Below, one piece after another: positions 21,397 to 30,160 of a DNA stretch of 64,000 nucleotides. A model generated the notes under the pieces. That model was not told the origin of the DNA and did not search any database. It saw only the letters and a list, made by a program, of their open reading frames with translations. The DNA comes from an uncultured virus (IMG/VR IMGVR_UViG_3300000304_000038) (lineage: Duplodnaviria > Heunggongvirae > Uroviricota > Caudoviricetes). The stretch lies in IMG/VR virus record IMGVR_UViG_3300000304_000038; one strand, 5' to 3'. Position 1 is the stretch's first letter. Every line of letters begins with the position of its first letter. A program made the translations under genes and the position numbers.

Positions 21397-21807
21397 GTGG
21401 CTACCATAAATTATTTTGATGGTGCGGTTTGGGATGATGCGATTCACCCTGTTGGTAGCTTTTATTTTAGCATAGAGTCCACTAGTCCATCTAGCTTATT
21501 TGGCGGTCAATGGACTCAGATAACTGGCGCGGCAATTCGTGGGGCAGAAGAGATGGGGTATGTTGGTAGCGATACTCATACGCTAACTTTGGCAGAGATT
21601 CCTTCACACCGTCACGTAAGTTCTAACTATTGGGGAGTTGTCTGTTCTCAAGGAATGAACACGGGAAACTTGAATGCCACTTATGTCAGTAACAGCAGTG
21701 GTAATCTTCTGTACGGAGGTTATGTGTTGAACTGGGAGGGGGGTGGGGCTGCTCACTCTATTCTTCAACGTTCCTTCAACTGTTACATCTGGTATCGTAC
21801 AGCCTAG
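21397..21807 (+). CDS. Tail-tip/receptor-binding cassette 2 (Gp10_C-like)
   Basis: 'HPVGSFYFS...PSSLFGGQW...THTLTLAEIPSHRH...GGGAAH...WYRTA'. Confidence 0.85.
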   Translation: MATINYFDGAVWDDAIHPVGSFYFSIESTSPSSLFGGQWTQITGAAIRGAEEMGYVGSDTHTLTLAEIPSHRHVSSNYWGVVCSQGMNTGNLNATYVSNSSGNLLYGGYVLNWEGGGAAHSILQRSFNCYIWYRTA

Positions 21808-21819
21808 ATAAAAGATTCG

Positions 21820-21873
21820 CATAATAATATGCCGCAATATCAATCTTGTTGCTGTTGGCGTATAATATCATAA
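21820..21873 (+). pseudogene. Orphan cassette C-terminal fragment
   Basis: Encodes HNNMPQYQSCCCWRIIS*, homologous to the cassette ending HNNMPPYRNCYCWYRTA*. Confidence 0.7.
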
Positions 21874-21930
21874 TCAAAAAATGAATCTATCTTATATTGC
21901 AAAAATTCTTTAGAAAAGGTGATATAAGAT

Positions 21931-22014
21931 ATGATATTAGATAAATTCACCTCTCTCTGGGGGAAGAGCATAGTCTATAGCTATGCGGCTTCCCAGATTG
22001 GGGGCTGCGCATGA
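21931..22014 (+). promoter_or_regulatory. Leader ORF 2 (27 aa), coupled to cassette 3
   Basis: AAAGGTGA RBS; MILDKFTSLWGKSIVYSYAASQIGGCA*; its TGA overlaps the cassette 3 ATG (ATGA). Confidence 0.6.
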
Positions 22015-22433
22015 TAGAACTTCAAAATATTCAAGTAAATAATGCGTCTGTTTGGAATACCATTTGTCCTTTCCCTATTGGATTCATTTATATGAGCGCC
22101 AATAGTGACAGTCCTAGCCTTCTTTTCGGAGGAACATGGAACCCAGTGACAGATGGTTATATGTGGAGACCAGCAGATAGTTGGAACGATACAGGCGGGG
22201 AATCAACTCATACTCTTACATATAACGAGCTGCCACGGCATAATCACCTTGCCAATTCTTGGTGGATGGGCAATGGTAGCATTCCTGTTCGCTCTACTGG
22301 TTGGGCTTATCGAGACAGTGGTACATCCACCGCAAATCCGCAAAATATAGGTACTTATAATTCCGGTGGGGGGGGGCCACACAACAACATGCCGCCCTAT
22401 CGCAACTGTTACTGTTGGTACAGAACAGCCTAA
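22011..22433 (+). CDS. Tail-tip/receptor-binding cassette 3 (Gp10_C-like), in-frame G9 tract
   Basis: Same conserved N- and C-terminal motifs as the other cassettes; G9 at 22368-22376. Confidence 0.85.
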   Translation: MIELQNIQVNNASVWNTICPFPIGFIYMSANSDSPSLLFGGTWNPVTDGYMWRPADSWNDTGGESTHTLTYNELPRHNHLANSWWMGNGSIPVRSTGWAYRDSGTSTANPQNIGTYNSGGGGPHNNMPPYRNCYCWYRTA

Positions 22434-22455
22434 ACCATGAAGTAGGTGCTGCCAC

Positions 22456-22875
22456 ATGATAAATCTTCAGAATGTGCAGGTAAAGAATGGCAGCACTTGG
22501 CAAAAAATATGTCCGTTCCCCATTGGCTTTGTATATAGCAGTTATACTGATGTCTCGCCGGGTTCTACATTTGGTGGAACGTGGACACCTATCACGGGAC
22601 GGTTCCCGTACTTCAACGCGGGAACCGATACGGGCGGCTCGAACTCCATCGTGCAGACCATCGAGCAGATGCCGAGGCACGACCACCCGACGGATTGGCA
22701 GAGTTTCAACGAGTACATGGTGCATTCAACAGGGACGGAGCCGCAAGCGACGAGTTATAACGCTGTGTATTGGTACGTCAAAGAGAGCACAACTGTTGCC
22801 CCGCAGGGCGGCGGTCAGCCGATGAACAATATGCCCGCATATCAGACTCTATACGCATGGAGACGAACAGCCTAG
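22456..22875 (+). CDS. Tail-tip/receptor-binding cassette 4 (Gp10_C-like), GC-rich core
   Basis: Same motifs; ends MNNMPAYQTLYAWRRTA*. Confidence 0.85.
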   Translation: MINLQNVQVKNGSTWQKICPFPIGFVYSSYTDVSPGSTFGGTWTPITGRFPYFNAGTDTGGSNSIVQTIEQMPRHDHPTDWQSFNEYMVHSTGTEPQATSYNAVYWYVKESTTVAPQGGGQPMNNMPAYQTLYAWRRTA

Positions 22876-22914
22876 ACTATATTTATCTAATATCCTTTAT
22901 CGAAAGGATATTGT

Positions 22915-23007
22915 TTGATTATGATTCAAATAGCAATTAGTGAGCTGCTTAGGGAGGAGCATAAAGTAAGTCTTTCCCCAAGCAGTTCTATTGGTGGTGA
23001 TATATAA
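22915..23007 (+). promoter_or_regulatory. Leader-like ORF 3 with no downstream cassette
   Basis: AAAGGA RBS inside the hairpin 22889-22912; TTG 22915 / ATG 22921 MIQIAISELLREEHKVSLSPSSSIGGDI*, resembling leader 1 (..ISDL..SPSLGGD). Confidence 0.45.
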
Positions 23008-23040
23008 GCCCTAGTCTTTATGGCTAGGGCTTTTTCTTTT
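23006..23040 (+). terminator. Rho-independent terminator closing the cassette array
   Basis: AAGCCCTAGTC / GGCTAGGGCTT followed by a T-run. Confidence 0.8.
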
Positions 23041-23126
23041 TATACCAAGGGCATATTCTAGCAAAATAATCAGGGCGGTTTTCAGATGTATTAGGTATGT
23101 TTCTAGATAACAGGAGGGAGAAAATA

Positions 23127-23663
23127 GTGGAACCACTTACTGCTCTTTTCTCTCAAATGTCCATTGAATCAATAATCTTGTTTATTGGTGCAATTCTTCT
23201 TGCGGCGAAGGCTATGAGTGAGGTTATGGACTGGGCATATTTCAAACTAAAAAAATACTTCAATGTCAAGTCTCAGAAGGAAGAGAAACTTGACGATATC
23301 ATTGAGAGACTAGACCGTTCGGAAAAGCGCTCTATCAAAAGAGACGAGAGAGTGGCTAACATAGAGAATCAGATAAACCTCATTCAGAACCGACTACAAG
23401 ACAGCACCCGCAGTTATATAATCGACAAGTACCATTATTATGTCCAAGAGCTGGGGGTGATAGACGAAGCCGCCTTACAAGACATTGAGAGACGATACTT
23501 ATATTACAAGGAGGCGGGCGGCGATACGTTCATAGAATTGCAGATGGAGAAATTGAGGAACTTACCTCTGGTTACTCCTGAGCAGATAGCCGCAGACCGC
23601 AAGGAACACATATCCAAATTACATACTCTCTTGGGCGAGAAAACAAGTGACGATGGGAGGTAG
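23127..23663 (+). CDS. Membrane protein, possibly holin-like
   Basis: AGGAGG RBS with GTG start; one N-terminal TM helix, coiled coil, 'Y..YK.AGGD' tail. Confidence 0.55.
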   Translation: MEPLTALFSQMSIESIILFIGAILLAAKAMSEVMDWAYFKLKKYFNVKSQKEEKLDDIIERLDRSEKRSIKRDERVANIENQINLIQNRLQDSTRSYIIDKYHYYVQELGVIDEAALQDIERRYLYYKEAGGDTFIELQMEKLRNLPLVTPEQIAADRKEHISKLHTLLGEKTSDDGR

Positions 23664-23666
23664 CGA

Positions 23667-24317
23667 ATGCCCAATCAAGAATTGAAAACTTTTACCGTAA
23701 ACATGAAGTCTCTTGGGCAGGATATCGATGACCCCATCGTACAAGGTGGCGGTGATGCTAATGGCCGCACGTTTAGAATCATCTTCACCCAAGAGGCCGC
23801 AGAGATGTTCACGCCAGAAACAAAAGTATATTTGAAATGGCGGCATCAGCAGTTGAATGTGCGGGGATACAACGTGTTTACCCATGTCCAAGGAGATGGC
23901 TCTTGCTGCTTTGAGCCTCCAGTTTGGGAGATACATTGGCCCAAGGCAATGCTCCATGAGGGGGATGTGCTTTGCCGCATAGAAGTCGTTGACGATATCT
24001 CCATTGCTCCCTCTACTAACTTCATTGTCCATGTGCTTGCGGACCCGGACGATGGTAGCAATTTCGTCGTAAGTGACGATTACACCCTCTTCCAGCAAGC
24101 AGTTATTGATATGAACTCAACTGTAGACAAGGCTGAACAACAACTCCAAGAACAAGTAGAGGAGTTTGATGCCATGCGGCAGGAGTTCGACGGAATGAGG
24201 CAGGACGTTTCTACTGCCCTAGATAAGGCAAACCAAGCCTATGATATGGCGCAAGAGGCATTAGACCAGATTGGCGAGAAGACAACGGCAACTGGTATTT
24301 ATATGAATGAATATTAG
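23667..24317 (+). CDS. BppU-like baseplate upper protein
   Basis: 'IVQGGGDANGRTFRI' N-terminus followed by a coiled coil. Confidence 0.6.
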   Translation: MPNQELKTFTVNMKSLGQDIDDPIVQGGGDANGRTFRIIFTQEAAEMFTPETKVYLKWRHQQLNVRGYNVFTHVQGDGSCCFEPPVWEIHWPKAMLHEGDVLCRIEVVDDISIAPSTNFIVHVLADPDDGSNFVVSDDYTLFQQAVIDMNSTVDKAEQQLQEQVEEFDAMRQEFDGMRQDVSTALDKANQAYDMAQEALDQIGEKTTATGIYMNEY

Positions 24318-24332
24318 ACAGAAAGGAGAGAA

Positions 24333-25328
24333 ATGCCTGCTGATAAGGTTATAAAGTTTTTCCACGGACCTTCCACCGGAGTTGAAGCAAAAATCGGTGA
24401 TGGAACTATCAATGAGAGCGACTTCGTTGTAACCAGCGACACCGACGAGTGGATTTATATTGACGAGAACAAAGACCAGAAGGTTCTAGGTTCTTCCAAG
24501 ACGAAGGAGAAGCACGAAGTCAATCTTGGTGGCTCCATTGGAGGGCTTACGGACGGTACGGAGATTCCAACTGGCACTACGCTTGACGAGTTCATTGCGA
24601 TGCTCACTCAAAAGGCAATTCCCGCAACCTACACCCAGCCCGCAGTTACCATCCGCAACTCTACTGGACAGGCCGCAGGAGCCTATGAGGTTGGTACTAA
24701 CATCAACACGACTCTTCAGGCTCTATTTACTCAGAACGATGCTGGTGCTCTGACCAATCTTGCAATCTATAAGCAAGGCACGAGTGATGCTCTTATCTCT
24801 GGTGCATCCTCTCCGCAATCCACTGAGGCCCAAGAGTTCCAGCTAACTGATGGCTCTGTTACTTTCTATGCAACCGCGACTTACGCTGAGGGTGAAATCA
24901 AGAACAACAACCTTGGTCAGCCTTCTCCTGAAGGACATATTGCAGCTGGTTCCAAGAACAGCTCCAACTTTACCTTTACCGGTCAGCGCAATATGTTCTA
25001 TGGTACTGGCGTCGGTGCGGCTCCCGAGGCAACTTCTGAGGCTGTCCGTGCGCTGACCAACAAGAAGCTCAATCCTACACAGGGATATAGCTTCAACATT
25101 ACTGTAGCACAAGGACAGCAGTTTGTCCGTATCGCTTATCCAGCAACTCTCCGCAAGATTACCAAGTGCTTCTACGTTGAGCAGAATACCGACCTTGCTG
25201 AGAACTTTGCGGAAACTACTGTTTCTGTAAACGGTGCTAACGGTGCGGCTGGTGCTGATTATCGCGTACTTACTTATGAGATGGCTGTTCCTGCTGCCGC
25301 CGCAATGACTCTACAGGTACAGATTTAG
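24333..25328 (+). CDS. Virion fibre/decoration protein
   Basis: 331 aa, AAAGGAG RBS, T/G/A-rich beta structure. Confidence 0.6.
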   Translation: MPADKVIKFFHGPSTGVEAKIGDGTINESDFVVTSDTDEWIYIDENKDQKVLGSSKTKEKHEVNLGGSIGGLTDGTEIPTGTTLDEFIAMLTQKAIPATYTQPAVTIRNSTGQAAGAYEVGTNINTTLQALFTQNDAGALTNLAIYKQGTSDALISGASSPQSTEAQEFQLTDGSVTFYATATYAEGEIKNNNLGQPSPEGHIAAGSKNSSNFTFTGQRNMFYGTGVGAAPEATSEAVRALTNKKLNPTQGYSFNITVAQGQQFVRIAYPATLRKITKCFYVEQNTDLAENFAETTVSVNGANGAAGADYRVLTYEMAVPAAAAMTLQVQI

Positions 25329-25347
25329 GAAAGGGGAGGTAAAGTAA

Positions 25348-26595
25348 ATGGCTATTGATGCTAAAAATCTAGTTGTTGCCGCTAAGGTATACAGCCGTGG
25401 TGTCGCTCTCCCTCTTGATGCTTCTTCTGTATACGAGTCTCTTGGTGAAGCTCAGTCTTATGCAAAGAATCCTATTGCTTATGCTGGTCAAATTATCACT
25501 GTCAAAGAGGGCGAGAACTACAACGCCTACATCCTCGATGGCGATGCTGGTGCTTATACTCTAAGCAAGGTCGGCATTGACGCTTCTGCGGTCAAGAACT
25601 ACGTTCAGGTAGTCTCCGAGTTACCGGGTACGGGACAGGAGCAGGGTGTTATCTATATCAACACTACAGATTCTAAGGGTTATATCTATGATGGCTCTGA
25701 GTTCCAAGTAATCTTCGAGGACGTTACCAATGAAGAGGGTGAATCTCTCCAAGAGCAACTAGAGAATCTTGAAACCGAGCTTGCGGCCAAGGCTCCTATC
25801 AACAACCCAGTGTTTACTGGCACCGTTACTCTTGCTGCTGACCCTCAGAGTAATCTAGAGGCCGCAACCAAGCAGTATGTTGACCGTCTTGTTGCCGGTA
25901 TCAATGACTTCACTGTAGGCGTTGTTGATTCCTCTACTCCTCTTCCTGCTACCGACTATGAGGTTGGTCAGACTTTCCGCGTTGCTGAAGCTGGTACTTA
26001 CGCAGGTGTCGAATGTGAAGCCGGTGACTTGATTATCGTTATCGCCGACTACGCTGATACTTTCAAAGATTCTGATTTCCTAGTTGTTCAGGCTAATGTT
26101 GATGGTGCGGTTACTGGCCCAGATGCTTCTACTGATGCCAACATCGTTGTCTTTGATGGTACTACTGGCCGCAAAATCAAAGATTCCAGCGTAACCATTG
26201 CAAGTGTGTCTGATGCAATTGCCAAGGCCCACGAGCACACCAACAAGACTCAGCTTGACTCCTTCACCAAGACCGAGACCGAGCTTCTTGGTGAGGTTGA
26301 TTCCAAGATTGCTACTGCTCTTGGAGATTACGCGACCACGGAAGACCTTGCGGATTATGTCAAAACTGAGACTTATACAGCCGACAAGTCTGCGACTGAC
26401 CAGAGAATTGGTACCGTTGAGACTAATCTGAATTCCAAGATTGGACAGACTGAACTTGATGCTGCTATTGGAGATATCAGTCCTTCCGAGACTGTCAAAG
26501 AGTACGTTGATGCGGCTGTTCAGTCTGGTGGCGCGGATGTGAGTGAGGCAATCAATTCAGCTATCGAGGCCGCTCTTACTATCAACGAATTCTAG
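25348..26595 (+). CDS. Fibre-like structural protein
   Basis: 'KAPINNPVFTGTVTL..DP...LEAATKQYVD' fibre motifs. Confidence 0.7.
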   Translation: MAIDAKNLVVAAKVYSRGVALPLDASSVYESLGEAQSYAKNPIAYAGQIITVKEGENYNAYILDGDAGAYTLSKVGIDASAVKNYVQVVSELPGTGQEQGVIYINTTDSKGYIYDGSEFQVIFEDVTNEEGESLQEQLENLETELAAKAPINNPVFTGTVTLAADPQSNLEAATKQYVDRLVAGINDFTVGVVDSSTPLPATDYEVGQTFRVAEAGTYAGVECEAGDLIIVIADYADTFKDSDFLVVQANVDGAVTGPDASTDANIVVFDGTTGRKIKDSSVTIASVSDAIAKAHEHTNKTQLDSFTKTETELLGEVDSKIATALGDYATTEDLADYVKTETYTADKSATDQRIGTVETNLNSKIGQTELDAAIGDISPSETVKEYVDAAVQSGGADVSEAINSAIEAALTINEF

Positions 26596-26606
26596 GAGGC
26601 TAAGAT

Positions 26607-27029
26607 ATGGCCGCAATTGCAAAGTTTTATCATACGGTAGGTTCTAAACTTGCGCAGTTGCCGGTGAGAGACGGGAACCTTGTTTTTGTAACTGATACGA
26701 AGACAATGTATCTGGATATCAACGGGAACAGACTCCCTTATGTTGATATCCAGATACTTTCCCAAGAGACAGATAGAACATCTATCTTAGCTCCTATCGA
26801 GGGGTTCTATTTTGTCGAGGAGACAAACGTTCTCTGGCGATATAAGGGGAGTTGGAAACAAATAACCCCTGATAACATAACTCCCCTCTTCTTTGGGAGC
26901 TATGAGGACTTCCCCCCACAAGGCAATGCGGGCGTCCTCTATGTCTCCGATGATGCAACTTACAAGTGGGACTCTACCACTTCTCAATATCTATGTGTAG
27001 CTAATAAGACAGAATGGATTCAACTTTAG
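26607..27029 (+). CDS. Small fibre-associated protein
   Basis: 'LPVRDGNLVFVTDTK' N-terminal motif; 'FP..G....LYV....Y.WD' motif. Confidence 0.6.
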   Translation: MAAIAKFYHTVGSKLAQLPVRDGNLVFVTDTKTMYLDINGNRLPYVDIQILSQETDRTSILAPIEGFYFVEETNVLWRYKGSWKQITPDNITPLFFGSYEDFPPQGNAGVLYVSDDATYKWDSTTSQYLCVANKTEWIQL

Positions 27030-27037
27030 GAGGATTG

Positions 27038-28444
27038 ATGGCTCTAGTCAAATTTGTTACTGCTACTGCTGCCCAGTTTGCAGGAGTAGATTCTAAGGAT
27101 GCGGATACCCTATATTTCATTAGCGATCAACGCCGTATTTATAAGGGTGACATCCCCTATTCTGGTGGTATTTATCAGACTGTAGATAGCTTTCCCGTAA
27201 CAGGTGTTGTAAATACTCTTTATGTAAACACTGCCACTGGTGAAGTTGCCTATTGGAACGGCACCGGATATCAGACGGTGGTTCCTGCCACTGGCAAGAC
27301 CATTTCTGGTGCCGGTGACAACGACCATCTAGCAACCACCAAGGCCGTAGTTGACTATGTAGCAACTCAGATTGGCGAGCTTGATGTTAGCGCTCTTGCT
27401 GATCGTGTTGATACTCTTGAAACCGAAATGGATACGGCTCAAGGCGATATTACTACTATCAAAGGTCAAATCACTACAATCAACGGTGAGGGCGAAGGCT
27501 CTATCAAGAAGGCTCTAAACGATGCCAAGTCTTACACCGATCAAGAAGTAGCTAAGAAAGCTGACCTTGAACACACTCACGAGATTGCTGATGTAACCGA
27601 CCTACAGACTACTCTTGATGGTAAGGCTAATAAGGCTACCACTCTTGAAGGCTATGGTATTACTGACGCTTATACTAAGAGTGCCACTGACTCTGCTATT
27701 GCATCTGCGGTTGCGGCTGCTCCGCACCTAAAGCGTTCTATCGTAGAAGACCTTCCTGACGCTGGTTCTGCTGACCAGAATACTATTTATATGGTTGGCA
27801 CCGGTGCTGGCTCTAAAGATTCTGCTTACGAAGAGTATATGCTTATCAATGGTGCCTTTGAAAAAATTGGTAGCTCTAAGGTAGACCTTACGAACTATGC
27901 TGAGAAGACTTACGTTGATACTGCTAAACAAGAGGCTATTTCTACTGCGGCTACCGACGCTACTCAGAAGGCTAATGCCGCCGAACAAAATGCTAAGACC
28001 TATGCAGATGGTCTAATTGCTGGTCTTGATGTTGAAGATTCTGCTCAAGAGGGTAAGTACGTTAGTGCTGTTGCCGAGGTTGACGGTAAGATTCAAGTAA
28101 CTCGTGCAGACCTCCCTGCGGCTGCTACCCTTGTCGAGGGTACCGCAAATGGTACTGTCAAGTTCAACGGTACTGATGTTCCTGTTCATGGTCTAAAGTC
28201 TGCGGCTTACACTGAGGCTTCTGATTATGCTACTTCTGCGCAGGGTGCTCTTGCTGACTCTGCTCTCCAGAAGGCCGATATCGCCACTGGTTCTGCTAAT
28301 GGAACTATCTCTGTCGATGGCGACGATGTGACTGTCAAGGGTCTCGGTAGTGCTGCTTTCACTGAGACTACTGCTTATGCTACTGCCGCACAAGGCACTA
28401 AGGCTGACCAAGTATTTGCTGCTCTAACTTGGACTACTCTATAA
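27038..28444 (+). CDS. Head/tail fibre-like protein
   Basis: AGGAGG RBS; 'LATTKAVVDY', 'HTHEIADVTDL', 'ATTLEGYGITDAYTK' and 'GLGSAAFT' fibre motifs. Confidence 0.7.
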   Translation: MALVKFVTATAAQFAGVDSKDADTLYFISDQRRIYKGDIPYSGGIYQTVDSFPVTGVVNTLYVNTATGEVAYWNGTGYQTVVPATGKTISGAGDNDHLATTKAVVDYVATQIGELDVSALADRVDTLETEMDTAQGDITTIKGQITTINGEGEGSIKKALNDAKSYTDQEVAKKADLEHTHEIADVTDLQTTLDGKANKATTLEGYGITDAYTKSATDSAIASAVAAAPHLKRSIVEDLPDAGSADQNTIYMVGTGAGSKDSAYEEYMLINGAFEKIGSSKVDLTNYAEKTYVDTAKQEAISTAATDATQKANAAEQNAKTYADGLIAGLDVEDSAQEGKYVSAVAEVDGKIQVTRADLPAAATLVEGTANGTVKFNGTDVPVHGLKSAAYTEASDYATSAQGALADSALQKADIATGSANGTISVDGDDVTVKGLGSAAFTETTAYATAAQGTKADQVFAALTWTTL

Positions 28445-28454
28445 ATGAATTTCT

Positions 28455-28493
28455 AGGGGAGGGGGTTTTCCGACCCCTTCCCCTTCCTTTTTT
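28455..28493 (+). terminator. Terminator-like hairpin
   Basis: AGGGGAGGGGGT / ACCCCTTCCCCT followed by a T-run. Confidence 0.7.
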
Positions 28494-28511
28494 AGACAGG
28501 TAGGAGATGAT

Positions 28512-28940
28512 ATGGCACTTTTACAACCTTGTAGAGTTCAATCTACCCAACTGTCTTCTCTGCCAGTCAAGGAAGGACAGTTGATTTTTTCCATTGATGA
28601 TAAGAAAATCTATATAGATACTGACAGCCGCATAGATATGACACCCGAATTTTCTGGCTCACTTTCCTCTCTTGGAATCACTGCAACAGTAGAAGAGCTA
28701 AACTATATGGATGGTGTTACCTCTAACGTCCAAGAGCAGTTGAATGGTAAGGCTGCTTCCTCGCACACTCATAGCGCCGCCGACATTACGTCTGGTGCCC
28801 TTGATGTTGTGTATGGTGGTACCGGAGCCACTACTGCCGCAAGTGCTCGAAGCAATCTAGGAGCCGCTGCAAGTGATATTATCCTTGTGCAAGCAAGTCA
28901 ACCAAGCTCTAGCACTTGTAAGCTTTGGATAAAACCATAA
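28512..28940 (+). CDS. Short fibre protein
   Basis: 'ELNYMDGVTSNVQEQLNGKA..SHTHSAADITSG...GGTGATTAASARSNLG'; ends LWIKP like the main fibre. Confidence 0.75.
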   Translation: MALLQPCRVQSTQLSSLPVKEGQLIFSIDDKKIYIDTDSRIDMTPEFSGSLSSLGITATVEELNYMDGVTSNVQEQLNGKAASSHTHSAADITSGALDVVYGGTGATTAASARSNLGAAASDIILVQASQPSSSTCKLWIKP

Positions 28941-29022
28941 AATTCTGTATATGTTTCTTTTCTTTTGGGTATAAATAAAGTTAGGAAAAGAGCTTTTGTC
29001 AAGAGATAAAAGGAGGTAATAT

Positions 29023-30153
29023 ATGCGAATTCTCAATGAACAAGACGTTGAGATTCAAGCCGAAGATGTTGACTATGAACTCGGTTATCTGACTGAGGAT
29101 AAGATTCTCAAGAAGCATCACGAGGCAACCGAGGCGAAGGAGCGAATCACTCACTACTATCCTCTGACTTACTATTTTGAGGATGGCACGGAGTACAAAA
29201 CCGAACTTGGTCTGTTCCGTGCGGCTGAGAGAGAAACTCTCAGCGATGACCCTCTAGATGAAGAGAATAACAAGCCGACTCAGGATGTGGCCGCTTATGA
29301 GATGAACGAGCGCGTTGTCAAAAATGATGATGGTGTGTCCTTTGGTATCAGGATGGAGGACGGCTCTGTTGCACAATGCGGCGATACGGTTCTTCGTGGA
29401 GTTGACGTTGAGGAAATCGTTGACCAAGAGGAAGTAAAAGCTAAGGAGGCTTGGGACGAGTACGAGGATATTCAGCGTTACAAGCTTTATACCGAAGAAG
29501 AACTGATTGAGCGTGCCACGGATAGGGCCAATATGGAGCGCTACCAAGCGGAACAGACTCAGGCTGTCTCTTTCATGCGAATGATGGCCGCACCGATGGC
29601 TATCTCCATGACTGACGAGGCAGTTCAACAGATTGCGACCTTTCTCCCCGACTTTGAGGCTGGTCAATCATATGAAAATAAGGCCGTTGTTAGATATAAG
29701 GGAGCACTTTATCGTGCGATTCAGGCAGTAGGTTCCAGTGTGACCTCTATCTATACCCCTGATGCTGCTAACTCCTATTGGAAGAGAATCGGTGAGCCTA
29801 ACGAGGATGGTATCTATCCTTGGACTCAACCTCTTGGAGCGACTGATGCCTATATGAAAGGCGATGTGGTTGAATATAAAGGTGCTATCTGTGAGAGCAC
29901 TATGGACAATAACGTTTGGTCTCCTGACGCATACAGCTTTGGTTGGAAGAAGGTAGAAGACGAGCCTTCTGGTAGCGAAGAGGGTGAGGACCAGCCGCAA
30001 GACGAGTATCCTGAATTCGTGCAGCCCACTGGAGGACATGACGCCTATCATATTGGAGACAAGGTAATTTATAATGGTAAGCATTATGAGTCTACTATTG
30101 ATAACAACGTCTGGGCGCCAGACGCTTATCCACAGGGATGGAAAGAAGTATAG
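29023..30153 (+). CDS. Protein with C-terminal carbohydrate-binding (ChiA1/CBM12-like) repeats
   Basis: Two 'QP.G..DAY..GD.V.Y.G...ES..DNNVW.P.AY..GW' repeats. Confidence 0.7.
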   Translation: MRILNEQDVEIQAEDVDYELGYLTEDKILKKHHEATEAKERITHYYPLTYYFEDGTEYKTELGLFRAAERETLSDDPLDEENNKPTQDVAAYEMNERVVKNDDGVSFGIRMEDGSVAQCGDTVLRGVDVEEIVDQEEVKAKEAWDEYEDIQRYKLYTEEELIERATDRANMERYQAEQTQAVSFMRMMAAPMAISMTDEAVQQIATFLPDFEAGQSYENKAVVRYKGALYRAIQAVGSSVTSIYTPDAANSYWKRIGEPNEDGIYPWTQPLGATDAYMKGDVVEYKGAICESTMDNNVWSPDAYSFGWKKVEDEPSGSEEGEDQPQDEYPEFVQPTGGHDAYHIGDKVIYNGKHYESTIDNNVWAPDAYPQGWKEV

Positions 30154-30160
30154 GAGGTAA

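Noticed and set aside
20939..22875. Diversity-generating retroelement acting on the tip genes
   Set aside because: No reverse transcriptase and no near-identical TR/VR pair differing at adenines in the window; the paralogues diverge at all bases.
20840..23040. Invertase-driven shufflon
   Set aside because: All cassettes are full genes on one strand, no recombinase is present, and the two inverted-repeat pairs differ in sequence. It is not fully excluded if a recombinase lies elsewhere.
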